Source: an uncultured Acidobacteriota bacterium (GTDB lineage Bacteria > Acidobacteriota > UBA6911). Taken from it: a stretch of 64,000 nucleotides of DNA. A program made the translations under genes and the position numbers. Below, piece after piece: positions 1-8,741 of the stretch (position 1 is its first letter; each line of letters begins with the position of its first letter). Location: assembly GCA_963827655.1 (NCBI GenBank), contig CAWHCF010000008.1, positions 128,001 to 192,000 of the forward strand, read 5' to 3'. Under the pieces are notes generated by a model. The model had not been told where the DNA came from, did not search any database, and saw only the letters and a program-made list of their open reading frames with translations.

Positions 1-89
1 ATGGAAAGATCAAGGTGGCCAGCACGCCGATGAAGGGGAGCGTGTTTACGGTTCGGTTGCCGGTATATCAGGAAAGAGCAGGAGAATGA
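1..89 (+). CDS. Sensor histidine kinase, C-terminal end (partial)
   Basis: Frame 3 reads GKIKVASTPMKGSVFTVRLPVYQERAGE*, a typical HATPase G2-box tail; its stop overlaps the next ATG (ATGA). Confidence 0.8.
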   Translation, partial: GKIKVASTPMKGSVFTVRLPVYQERAGE

Positions 90-1504
90 AGAAGAAATAT
101 GAACTGTTGCTGGTCGATGATGAAACAGCCAACCTGCAAAAGCTTCAACGGACTTTCGTGGACCAGTACGTGGTCCACCTCGCCCAGTCGGGCGAAGAGG
201 CGCTGAAGCTGCTACATAGAGCTTCCATTGACGCCATCATCACCGATCAGAAAATGCCCAACATGACGGGCATTGAGTTCCTGGAAGCTTCGCAGAAGGA
301 CTTCCCCAACCTGGTGCGAATCGTGCTCACCGGCTTCACTGAAGTCGAAGACCTCATTGCCGCCATCAACACCGGGAAAGTGCACAAGTACATAACGAAG
401 CCGTGGGAGCCTGAAGACCTGCGGCTCGCCGTGCGCGAAACCCTGGAACGGATGGAACTACAGCGTGAGAATGAGCGGCTGGCGGCCGAATTGAAGCTGG
501 CCAACGAGAGACTCCGGACGGAGAACATCATTCTTCGTCAGGAAGTCGAGAAGGAGGTTCACCCGAATAACATCATCTATGGCAGTTCCGAGATGGAGAA
601 CATTCTCCGCCTGTTGAAAAGAGTCACCGGAACGGAAACCACCGTCCTGATTCAGGGTGAGACCGGAACGGGAAAGGAGCTTATCGCCCGCTACATCCAC
701 ATAGAAAGTAACCGGAGCGATCAGATCTTTATACCGGTGAATTGCGGGGCGATCCCCAGGGAACTGGTAGAAAGCGAGTTTTTCGGTCACGCGCGCGGCG
801 CCTTTACCGGAGCCAGCCAGGAGAAGAAGGGATTCTTTGAAATGGCGCACGGCGGAACCATATTTCTCGATGAGATTGGCGAGGCGCCGCCCGAGCTTCA
901 GGTCAAACTCCTTCGAGTGATTCAAGAGGGCGAGATCATGCCGCTCGGGCTCCATCAGCCCCGGAGCGTTGACGTCCGAATCATCGCGTCGACCAACCGC
1001 GATCTCAAGGCTGAGGTTGAGGCCGGGCGCTTCAGGCAGGACCTGTATTTCCGGATCAACGTGTTTTCCGTCACTATCCCCCCCTTGCGCGAACGCACGA
1101 GGGATGTTCTGCCTCTGGCGGAGTTCTTCCTGAAACAGTTTTCAACCAAGTTGAACCGCCGGGTAGCGGGCTTTCGGGAAGAGACCTGCCGGCTTCTCGA
1201 AGGTTACAGCTGGCCTGGCAATGTCCGCGAGCTGCAAAACGAAGTCGAGCGGCTGGTCTTGCTGGCCGAACCCGATAAAGCCATCGGTCCCGAATACCTT
1301 TCGGATTACGTCCGCCAACGCACCCGTGCCGTTCCCGGGCCCGACGGCAACCTGAAACGAGCAGTTCAGCACCTCGAAGAGGAAATGATCCGTGCAACCC
1401 TTCAGCGCTTCAAAAACAACAAATCCCAGACGGCTCGCGCCCTCGGAATAAGCCGCCAGGCGTTGATCGACAAGCTCAAGCGCACAAAACTGTATTCAAA
1501 CTAG
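86..1504 (+). CDS. Sigma54-dependent response regulator (NtrC/AtoC family)
   Basis: Receiver domain (LLVDD, DQKMP), AAA+ domain with GETGTGKE and GAFTGA, C-terminal Fis-type HTH. Confidence 0.95.
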   Translation: MKKKYELLLVDDETANLQKLQRTFVDQYVVHLAQSGEEALKLLHRASIDAIITDQKMPNMTGIEFLEASQKDFPNLVRIVLTGFTEVEDLIAAINTGKVHKYITKPWEPEDLRLAVRETLERMELQRENERLAAELKLANERLRTENIILRQEVEKEVHPNNIIYGSSEMENILRLLKRVTGTETTVLIQGETGTGKELIARYIHIESNRSDQIFIPVNCGAIPRELVESEFFGHARGAFTGASQEKKGFFEMAHGGTIFLDEIGEAPPELQVKLLRVIQEGEIMPLGLHQPRSVDVRIIASTNRDLKAEVEAGRFRQDLYFRINVFSVTIPPLRERTRDVLPLAEFFLKQFSTKLNRRVAGFREETCRLLEGYSWPGNVRELQNEVERLVLLAEPDKAIGPEYLSDYVRQRTRAVPGPDGNLKRAVQHLEEEMIRATLQRFKNNKSQTARALGISRQALIDKLKRTKLYSN

Positions 1505-1512
1505 TTACGCTA

Positions 1513-1594
1513 TGTCTAGTTAGTTTACAGCGTTAAGTTATTCCTGTTTAATGGTTTATGTATATTTAACCAGCAGATGCCAAATTACTCGACA
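1513..1594 (+). promoter_or_regulatory. Putative enhancer (UAS) sites for a sigma54 activator
   Basis: Two 17-bp TG-N12-ACA boxes (1513-1529 TGTCTAGTTAGTTTACA; 1578-1594 TGCCAAATTACTCGACA; 11/17 identical) in an AT-rich intergenic region upstream of a -24/-12 promoter. Confidence 0.5.
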
Positions 1595-1695
1595 ACTTCA
1601 GGACTCCCTGCTTCAGACTCTCGCTATTCCTCATCGATCCGCTAACTTATAATAACAGCTAAAGTTACATTGATTTTAAAGACCTGCCCGCGCTT

Positions 1696-1712
1696 TGGGC
1701 ACTGGTTTTGCA
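1696..1712 (+). promoter_or_regulatory. Sigma54 (-24/-12) promoter
   Basis: TGGGCACTGGTTTTGCA gives GG-N10-GC with GGCAC and TTGCA consensus, about 50 bp upstream of the ECF start. Confidence 0.85.
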
Positions 1713-1761
1713 ATAGATTTCCCGTCTAAGGTTGGAATTTGAGATTCGATCGAGGAGAACC

Positions 1762-2370
1762 ATGAATTTCACGGCTGAGATGAAGGATGAGATGAACACG
1801 CGACTGCTACAGCGCTGCAAGAGGAACGACCCGGATGCGTGCAACGCCCTGTTCAGCATGTACAATCGAAGGATTTTCAACACGGCGTATCGGATCCTTG
1901 GAGAAGAGGCGTCAGCAGAAGACGCGTTGCAGGAGACTTTGCTGAATGTCTATCGCGGGCTGGGCAGCTTCCGAGGAGATTCCAAATTCTCTACCTGGAT
2001 TAGCAGAATAACCGTGAATGTCTGCCTCGGGATGTTGCGTCGAGGAAAGAGCAAGCCCGTGATGGATCTCGAAGAGGATTTGGCGAGTGAAATCCCGGCC
2101 GCAATCACCCCCAGCATCGATCCCCTGGAGCATGCGTCATTAGAGGAACTCCGGGATCTGATCGAACTGACGTTTCAAAGAATGTCGAACAAGCAGGGAA
2201 TCGTAGTCCGGCTTCATGATCTGGAAGGAAATACGATTCAAGAGATCTCACGCATTATCGGTTGTCCCCTTGGAACCGTAAAATCAAGACTGTTCTATGG
2301 CCGGCAGGAGTTCAAAGAGATCTTCAATTCCATGACACGCAATGCTTACTGTACCGCCACGGTACAGTAA
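1762..2370 (+). CDS. ECF sigma-70 factor (RpoE/SigW-like)
   Basis: Region 2 (AEDALQE, FRGDSKFSTWISRI) and region 4 (EISRIIGCPLGTVKSRL); RBS GAGGAG before ATG 1762. Confidence 0.93.
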   Translation: MNFTAEMKDEMNTRLLQRCKRNDPDACNALFSMYNRRIFNTAYRILGEEASAEDALQETLLNVYRGLGSFRGDSKFSTWISRITVNVCLGMLRRGKSKPVMDLEEDLASEIPAAITPSIDPLEHASLEELRDLIELTFQRMSNKQGIVVRLHDLEGNTIQEISRIIGCPLGTVKSRLFYGRQEFKEIFNSMTRNAYCTATVQ

Positions 2371-2384
2371 CGCCTCGCTCGTAT

Positions 2385-2445
2385 TTCTTAGCGTCTTCGT
2401 GCCTTCGTGGTTAGCGCACTGTAAGACACGAAGAAACACCAAGAA
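2385..2445. repeat. 9-bp-periodic repeat, inverted pair
   Basis: TTCTTAGCGTCTTCGTGCCTTCGTGGTTA ... AAGACACGAAGAAACACCAAGAA; can fold as an imperfect hairpin. Confidence 0.7.
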
Positions 2446-2530
2446 TCTATATCCCGAATAGATTGGGTCCCGCCCTCATGCGGGGCCATGGTAGAATCTG
2501 AAGCTTGCTCTGGGTACAGCCGTCCCATCT

Positions 2531-3428
2531 ATGTTTCGGAACTTGAAGGCACGTCATCGCTCGACTCGCCCGCCGGACAAGATCAAGCACCTCACTTTGA
2601 AGGTGCCGCGGTCCGCCGAGGTGGAGGAGTATGTTCCGCGGCTCTATTTCGAGGCTCGGATCGATTTAGGCGACGTTCGCTCGGGTTTTCGTGATACGTA
2701 CAGCTTGAACAAGGCCCTGGAGATCCATCCCATGGAAGGCGATGTGATGTGGACTCCGGACATGGCGGTGGCCGTCGATACCTCCCTGATTGAGCTGGGC
2801 TTGCCGCCAAGGGAAAAGTCACGGGAACTCCCCGACTACCTGGACGCAGCCCAGATATCGCGGCTTGAGACGCTCTTCCTGGCTTTCCTGATGCGCTATT
2901 TTGAAGTGCGCGTGTTCAGGAACTTCGCGCTCAATGTGTATTCGGGGCCCGGCGAGAGTTTGGAGGATTTCAAGCTGCGCTGCCTGGATATCCTCGGCGA
3001 GACCTTTCGCAGGGATCTGGATGCCTTGCATGAGGTGCTGGTCCGAAAACTGGAGCAGCTCCGCGAAAAGGACTTGCGAGAGAGCGCCGGCCTTACTTCA
3101 ACCCTTGATTTCGATATCGCGAAGATTGATTCCCAGGTGAAGAGCAGAATACATGACGTTTCGGAATCGATCACAAGCCTCTTCCTGAACACCGAATTGA
3201 GTCTCAATTCAAACCAGGACGCGCCTTCCTATCCCTCTCCGACGACGGAATTCGATCAGCGGCTGTCGCTCCTGGAAACCGAGACGCGGCATGCAAATCC
3301 AGCGTCTGACGGGTCTGTATCAGGACAGACTCCGGAACATCGACGAATACGTGGTGCATCCGAATCTGAAAGACATTCATCTGGTTCGAACTTGCATCTT
3401 GTGGATGCCGGCCGAGGCGATGTCATGA
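2531..3428 (+). CDS. Hypothetical protein (frameshift near 3290 makes it appear fused to mnmA)
   Basis: The +1 frame after ~3290 reads [44 protein letters not shown] and ends in an ATGA overlap with the mnmA start. Confidence 0.7.
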
Positions 3429-4552
3429 GCAGATTTCGAGTGGCCGTCGCGATGAGCGGAGGAGTCGATAGCTCGACGGCGGCTGCTATTCTCAAAGAGC
3501 AGGGATACGATCTGGTGGGATTCTCCATGCAGCTTTGGGATCAAAGAAGGAACGGCTCGGCGGGGGACGAGCACCGAGCGGGCCGTTGCTGTTCCCTCGA
3601 TGATCTCTATGACGCCCGCAGTGTCGCCGCCCGGCTCAAGTTTCCGTATTATGTGCTCAACTTTCAGGCAGAATTCGAGCAGGCAGTAGTGAGAAACTTC
3701 ATCGAGAGTTATCGAAGCGGCTACACGCCTTCTCCGTGTGTCCTATGCAACTCGCATCTGAAGTTTGATCACCTGGTGCAGATGGCCGACGAAGTCGAAG
3801 CCACCCACGTGGCAACCGGGCACTACGCGCGAGTGAAGCATGACCCCGAAACCGGCCGCTACTTGCTCTACAAGGGACGCGATCGTGATAAGGATCAATC
3901 CTATTTCTTGTTTGGACTGACGCAGAATCAACTGGGCCGGGCCATGTTCCCCCTGGGTGAGATGGAGAAGTGTCAGGTGCGACGAATCGCCCGAGAGCAC
4001 GGCCTGGAGGTAGCCGACAAGGCTGAGAGCCAGGAGATTTGTTTCATACCGGATGGAGACTATGCAGGCTTTATCGAGCGCCAATTCAGTGAGGTTTGCG
4101 GCGACGCTCAGGATTCCCATCCATTCAGGGAGGGGGAGATTGTCGACGAATCCGGGCAGATCATAGGAAAGCATCCGGGCATTCATCGCTTTACGATCGG
4201 CCAGCGGCGCGGATTGGGCGTTGCAAGTGGAAAACCGCTTTACGTCATAGATGTGATCCCTGCGGAAAACCGGATTGTTGCCGGCGAGCGCCGGCAACTG
4301 GCGAGAGCAAACTGCCGTGTCGAGCGCCCGAACTGGATATCGATTCCGTCCTTGGAAGCGCCGCTTCGAGCGGCGGCAAAAATTCGATCGCGTCATCCGG
4401 AAGCCCCTGCCACGATCAGGCCTTTAGGGAATGGAGATCTGGAAGTTGAGTTTGACTCCCCGCAGTTTGGTGTTTCGCCGGGTCAAGCCATCGTATTTTA
4501 TCAAGATGAGCAGGTCGTGGGCGGAGGCTGGATAGCTCGTCACCCCTCATGA
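3425..4552 (+). CDS. mnmA: tRNA 2-thiouridylase
   Basis: [11 protein letters not shown]-loop, [31 protein letters not shown] motifs. Confidence 0.96.
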   Translation: MSRFRVAVAMSGGVDSSTAAAILKEQGYDLVGFSMQLWDQRRNGSAGDEHRAGRCCSLDDLYDARSVAARLKFPYYVLNFQAEFEQAVVRNFIESYRSGYTPSPCVLCNSHLKFDHLVQMADEVEATHVATGHYARVKHDPETGRYLLYKGRDRDKDQSYFLFGLTQNQLGRAMFPLGEMEKCQVRRIAREHGLEVADKAESQEICFIPDGDYAGFIERQFSEVCGDAQDSHPFREGEIVDESGQIIGKHPGIHRFTIGQRRGLGVASGKPLYVIDVIPAENRIVAGERRQLARANCRVERPNWISIPSLEAPLRAAAKIRSRHPEAPATIRPLGNGDLEVEFDSPQFGVSPGQAIVFYQDEQVVGGGWIARHPS

Positions 4553-5697
4553 GACGAATCCTCATTGTAGCTGGCGAGGCTTCCGCCGACAGATATGGTG
4601 CCCGTCTGGTTCGCAGGCTGCAGGCGAGACGCGGGGAAGAAGAGCTTCGTTTCTATGGCACGGGGGGTGATGAGATGCAGCGCGAAGGCGTGGAACTCCT
4701 CTGCCACATACGTGAACTTGCAAGCATCGGCCCCCGGGAAGCGCTGGCGAACTTAACGAAATACTTCGAAACTTTCCAGAATCTAGTCCGGGTCTCTCAA
4801 AAGGATCCGCCGGCGCTCGCCATACTACTCGACTTTCCCGAATTCAATCTGCGGCTGGCCAAGAAGTTGAAACGGGCAGGAATAAAGGTGGTCTACTACA
4901 TCAGCCCCCAGCTTTGGGCCTGGCGGAGCGGGCGAGTTCGCATCGTTCGCCGGTATGTTGACAAGATGCTGGTTATCCTTCCTTTCGAGGAGGAGTTCTA
5001 CCGGTTACGTGGAGTCGACGTCGAATTCGTAGGGCATCCATTGCTGGAGGATTTTAGTCCAAACCTCAATCGCGTGGCGTTTCTGCGCCGGCTCGGTTTC
5101 GATCCCGAGCGCACGACCGTTGCTCTGCTCCCGGGTAGCCGGCGCAAGGAAGTGGAGTATATGCTTCCTACGCTGCTGAAGACTGCGCAGCGTATCCTCC
5201 GACGAATACCTGCCCAGTTTCTAATCTCGGCGGCTCCCGCGCTGGAAAAACAACATCTGCTCCGGATTGTCCGGGAAGGGCTGCGCGATGATCTCGAGGC
5301 TCCCTTCTTCAAAATCGTGACCGTCGATGCTCGCGACATTCTCGCCAATTCGGATTTCGCCTTCGTCAAGAGCGGCACCTCCACGCTGGAGGCTGCGCTG
5401 GTGGGGACGCCATTCTTGATCATCTACAAAATCTCGCCCGCGAGCTGGTATTTGGGCAATATTCTCATTCGTACTCCCTTTAAGGGGCTGGTAAACTTGA
5501 TTGCGCGAGAAGAGATCGTACCGGAGTATTTGCAGCGCGATGCCACCCCGGAGTCCCTTTCCCATGCGGCGCTCGAGTATCTCCAGAATTCAGAGAAGGC
5601 TTCCAGGATGAAATCCCGCCTGTCGGGAATTCGTGAGAAGCTGGGAAAGTATTGCGCCTCGGAGAGAGCAGCCACGACGATTGAGGGTTACCTCTAG
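4549..5697 (+). CDS. lpxB: Lipid-A-disaccharide synthase
   Basis: AGEASAD, DFPEFN, PQLWAWR, VGHPL, LLPGSR, SGTSTLE motifs. Confidence 0.96.
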   Translation: MRRILIVAGEASADRYGARLVRRLQARRGEEELRFYGTGGDEMQREGVELLCHIRELASIGPREALANLTKYFETFQNLVRVSQKDPPALAILLDFPEFNLRLAKKLKRAGIKVVYYISPQLWAWRSGRVRIVRRYVDKMLVILPFEEEFYRLRGVDVEFVGHPLLEDFSPNLNRVAFLRRLGFDPERTTVALLPGSRRKEVEYMLPTLLKTAQRILRRIPAQFLISAAPALEKQHLLRIVREGLRDDLEAPFFKIVTVDARDILANSDFAFVKSGTSTLEAALVGTPFLIIYKISPASWYLGNILIRTPFKGLVNLIAREEIVPEYLQRDATPESLSHAALEYLQNSEKASRMKSRLSGIREKLGKYCASERAATTIEGYL

Positions 5698-5739
5698 TTC
5701 TCCAGGTTTTCCTGGGAAGGGTTGGGTAGGAGAAAAACA

Positions 5740-7752
5740 ATGAGTCACAAGCGGTTTCCTCTGGTTGTGCTCGCCGTCGTTCTGGCCGGCCTTGCGCCGG
5801 GTCTCTATCCGCAGGCAAAGCGGGCCGCCGGGAAAATGCCCCAGATCGATGTCGAACACTATGCCATCCAGGCTTCGCTGAATCCTGATGCTCACGAGAT
5901 CAAGGCAACCGCCTCCATAATCTTCAAGCCGTTGGAAAACACCGATATTGTTGTGTTCGAGCTAAGCGAGAATCTGTCGATTCAGAAGATCACGACTGAA
6001 CAGGGGGTCGAACTTGAATTCGGCCAGGATGAAAGCGGTCCGGGGATTGTTTCGGTTCGATTCCCTCAGCCACTCTCCTCCGGGAAGGCGATGACCATTA
6101 AGGTGGAGTATTCGGGAGGATTCGACCAGGACCGGTACAGCCGCTTTTACGCCCGAGACCAGAGCAGTGCCTATATCGGCCAGGAGGGGACCTACCTGCT
6201 GTACTCGGCAAAGTGGTTTCCGGTTAGCAAATTTCTCGTGGACCGGGCTACGGCTTTCTTGGAGGTCACCGTGCCACTCGGAATCACCGTGGTCGGTCCT
6301 GGAACCCAGCAACCCGTGGTCACGAAAGGGATCACCGAAACCTTCGGCTGGCTGAGCAAGCAGCCCATTCTGCCCAACACGATCGTTGCCGGACGATACT
6401 TCGAAAAGAAAGTGCGATCCGGCAACATCTCGATAGACTGTTTCGCGCGAGAGGATCACCTGGCAGCCATTGAAAAACAAGCTGAACTGGTGGGAAAGAT
6501 TCTTGAATACTACAACCAGACCTTTGGGCCTGCTTTATCGGGAGACAAATTCAGGCTGGTTGAAGTAGATGATAAGCTCTCGATGCAGCATGGAACCATG
6601 GGCTCCATCTTCATTACGCGCCGGGAGCTGACCTCCCCTTCGGTGCGTCAGCTGGCGCGCAGGGTTGCCTATCAGTGGTGGTTGGAATCGGTGGGAGTGC
6701 AGAGCACGGAGGACCTCTGGTTGGTGGATGGCATGTCGTACCTTTCGGCGGCGCTTTACCTGGGACACAGCGGCGGGCCGGATGTCATGCGAGAGGAGCT
6801 CAATAGCCTGGCAGTCCTCGGGTTGAAGTTCGAAAGCAAGAGCGCGATTCGAGTGGGACTGGGTCTGGGTTACCGGACCGAGCCTTATGAGTCCGTGGTC
6901 GCGGGCAAGGGAGCATGGGTTGTCAACATGCTTCGCCATGTGCTCGGTGAACCAAAATTCAATGAGCTGCTCCGGCAGTACGTAAAGGAATACGCCGGAC
7001 GCGGAGGTTCGACGGCAGGTTTTCAGAAGCTGGCCGAGCGAATCTATGGAAAGGAACTGGGCTGGTTTTTTTCGGAATGGATCGACACGATTGGAGTGCC
7101 CGAGCTCCAGACCAGCTATGTCGTATTCAAAACCCCCGACGGCTTTCGTGTATCAGGAAGCGTGACGCAAGACCGCGACCTCTTTCGAATGCCTCTGGAA
7201 ATCGAGGTGCAGACGAAAGGGAAGACCGAGAGGGGATCGATCGAGGTTACCGGCAAATCGAGTACGTTTGATATCAATGCCTTTACCTTGCCGACCAGGG
7301 TAGTCCTGGACCCGGAAAACAAGATTCTTCGAGACTCCAAGGAACTGCAGATCTCCGTTCAGCTGTCCTTGGGCAACGACCTCAAGGAAAAAGGTGATTT
7401 CGTAGAGTCCATTCGGGCCTTTGAGAACGCAATCAAGTTGAACCCCCGCAGCTCTCTGGCCCACTTCCGGATGGCGGAGGTTTTTTACGAACAGTTTAAC
7501 CTGCAGGCGGCGGCAAACTCATTTCGCGACGCTCTCAACGGAGACAAGAATCCGAGCTGGATCGAGGTTTGGTGCTATATCTATCTGGGAAAAATCTACG
7601 ACATCCTCGGCCAGCGACAGCGAGCCCTGGCCGAGTACAATAAAGCCATCAACACAAAAGATGACACGAACGAAGCTCAGGCCGAGGCTCAGAAGTGGCT
7701 GGCGACTCCGTTTACCAGAGAGCGCACCACAATGGACAAAGAATCAAAGTGA
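5740..7752 (+). CDS. Exported M1 aminopeptidase-like protein with C-terminal TPRs (zinc motif degenerate)
   Basis: Signal peptide; M1-like segments (AYQWW, WLVDG, KGAWVVNMLR); TPR repeats at the C-terminus. Confidence 0.75.
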   Translation: MSHKRFPLVVLAVVLAGLAPGLYPQAKRAAGKMPQIDVEHYAIQASLNPDAHEIKATASIIFKPLENTDIVVFELSENLSIQKITTEQGVELEFGQDESGPGIVSVRFPQPLSSGKAMTIKVEYSGGFDQDRYSRFYARDQSSAYIGQEGTYLLYSAKWFPVSKFLVDRATAFLEVTVPLGITVVGPGTQQPVVTKGITETFGWLSKQPILPNTIVAGRYFEKKVRSGNISIDCFAREDHLAAIEKQAELVGKILEYYNQTFGPALSGDKFRLVEVDDKLSMQHGTMGSIFITRRELTSPSVRQLARRVAYQWWLESVGVQSTEDLWLVDGMSYLSAALYLGHSGGPDVMREELNSLAVLGLKFESKSAIRVGLGLGYRTEPYESVVAGKGAWVVNMLRHVLGEPKFNELLRQYVKEYAGRGGSTAGFQKLAERIYGKELGWFFSEWIDTIGVPELQTSYVVFKTPDGFRVSGSVTQDRDLFRMPLEIEVQTKGKTERGSIEVTGKSSTFDINAFTLPTRVVLDPENKILRDSKELQISVQLSLGNDLKEKGDFVESIRAFENAIKLNPRSSLAHFRMAEVFYEQFNLQAAANSFRDALNGDKNPSWIEVWCYIYLGKIYDILGQRQRALAEYNKAINTKDDTNEAQAEAQKWLATPFTRERTTMDKESK

Positions 7753-7758
7753 GGGCGC

Positions 7759-7955
7759 CGATTCGGATTGCGGATTTCGGATTGCGGATTGATAATACCT
7801 CGATTTCAGGCAATTCCGGATCGGTTGTTCTAAACGAGAGACAGTTCCGCCGGTTCTGGGGTTCTATCGCGAATCACAGACGAATGTTCGACCCCTCCAA
7901 TCCCTCATCCCCAGTCCGCAATTCACAGTCAGACACAGTCCGTAACCCGCAATCG
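7759..7955. repeat. Heptamer (GGATTGC/AATCCGC) inverted-array element
   Basis: CGATTCGGATTGCGGATTTCGGATTGCGGATTG at 7759-7791; degenerate complementary units at 7898-7955. Confidence 0.7.
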
Positions 7956-8504
7956 TTAGCCTGGGGTAAGGTCGCCCAGAAACTGCGCGTCCCTGCAGGC
8001 ACGCTCCTGGGAGTGGTATTCCTCGTCCTCATGCACCCCTCCCGGCGATCGCTCTGGATCGGAGGAGTCATTGCAGGCGCCGGCGCGGTGCTTCGGATCT
8101 GGGCGGCGGGTCATATTGAGAAGGGAAACGTACTGGCACAGGGCGGCCCTTACGCGCTCACCCGCAATCCTCTTTACCTGGGATCCTTCTTCATGGCTGT
8201 CGGAATCTTGATCGCAGGGCAGGGTTATTGGCTGCTGATACCCTTTGGGCTCTTTTTTGTGTCCTTCTATTACGCGGTCATGCGAGCGGAGGAACAGGAA
8301 CTGGCGCAGCGGTACGGCGACCGTTTTGGAGAATACGCAAGAAGAGTCCCGCTGTTTTTGCCCAGTTTCAGCGGACCGGCAACGAACCCCTCTACTTTTC
8401 TTTGGTCCCGGGTGATCAGGAACCGCGAGCATCGCACCACCCTGGGACTCTTCTTCACGCAGCTGTTTCTGGTTCTCAAGAGCTGGGTCGAAACGTCCCC
8501 CTGA
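7884..8504 (+). CDS. Isoprenylcysteine carboxyl/phospholipid methyltransferase (ICMT/PEMT) family membrane protein
   Basis: GPYALTRNPLYLG and EEQEL..RYGDRFGEYARRVPLFLP motifs; start uncertain. Confidence 0.85.
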   Translation: MFDPSNPSSPVRNSQSDTVRNPQSLAWGKVAQKLRVPAGTLLGVVFLVLMHPSRRSLWIGGVIAGAGAVLRIWAAGHIEKGNVLAQGGPYALTRNPLYLGSFFMAVGILIAGQGYWLLIPFGLFFVSFYYAVMRAEEQELAQRYGDRFGEYARRVPLFLPSFSGPATNPSTFLWSRVIRNREHRTTLGLFFTQLFLVLKSWVETSP

Positions 8505-8741
8505 TTTCCGCTTATCCGGTTGATCGCCAAGAAGGTCAGAGAAACTATAAGACTAGGGGGTTCACTCTATATAGAATTCAATGGACGCGGCAGCAAAAAG
8601 TTGGTAGCTTTGGGCCCGTGCATTTGTTTCTTTAATCGTGGGTTAGGCCCGCCTGTTTCGACGCGGGTCGACTCAGCGGAAGGAAAGATCATTTCGGACG
8701 ACTGAACCAAGCACCGGCACAACGACGAACGGGGTGGATTG

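Noticed and set aside
2531-4552. 673-aa MnmA with a novel N-terminal domain
   Set aside because: A +1 indel near 3290 explains it; the alternative frame ends in an ATGA overlap with the mnmA start.
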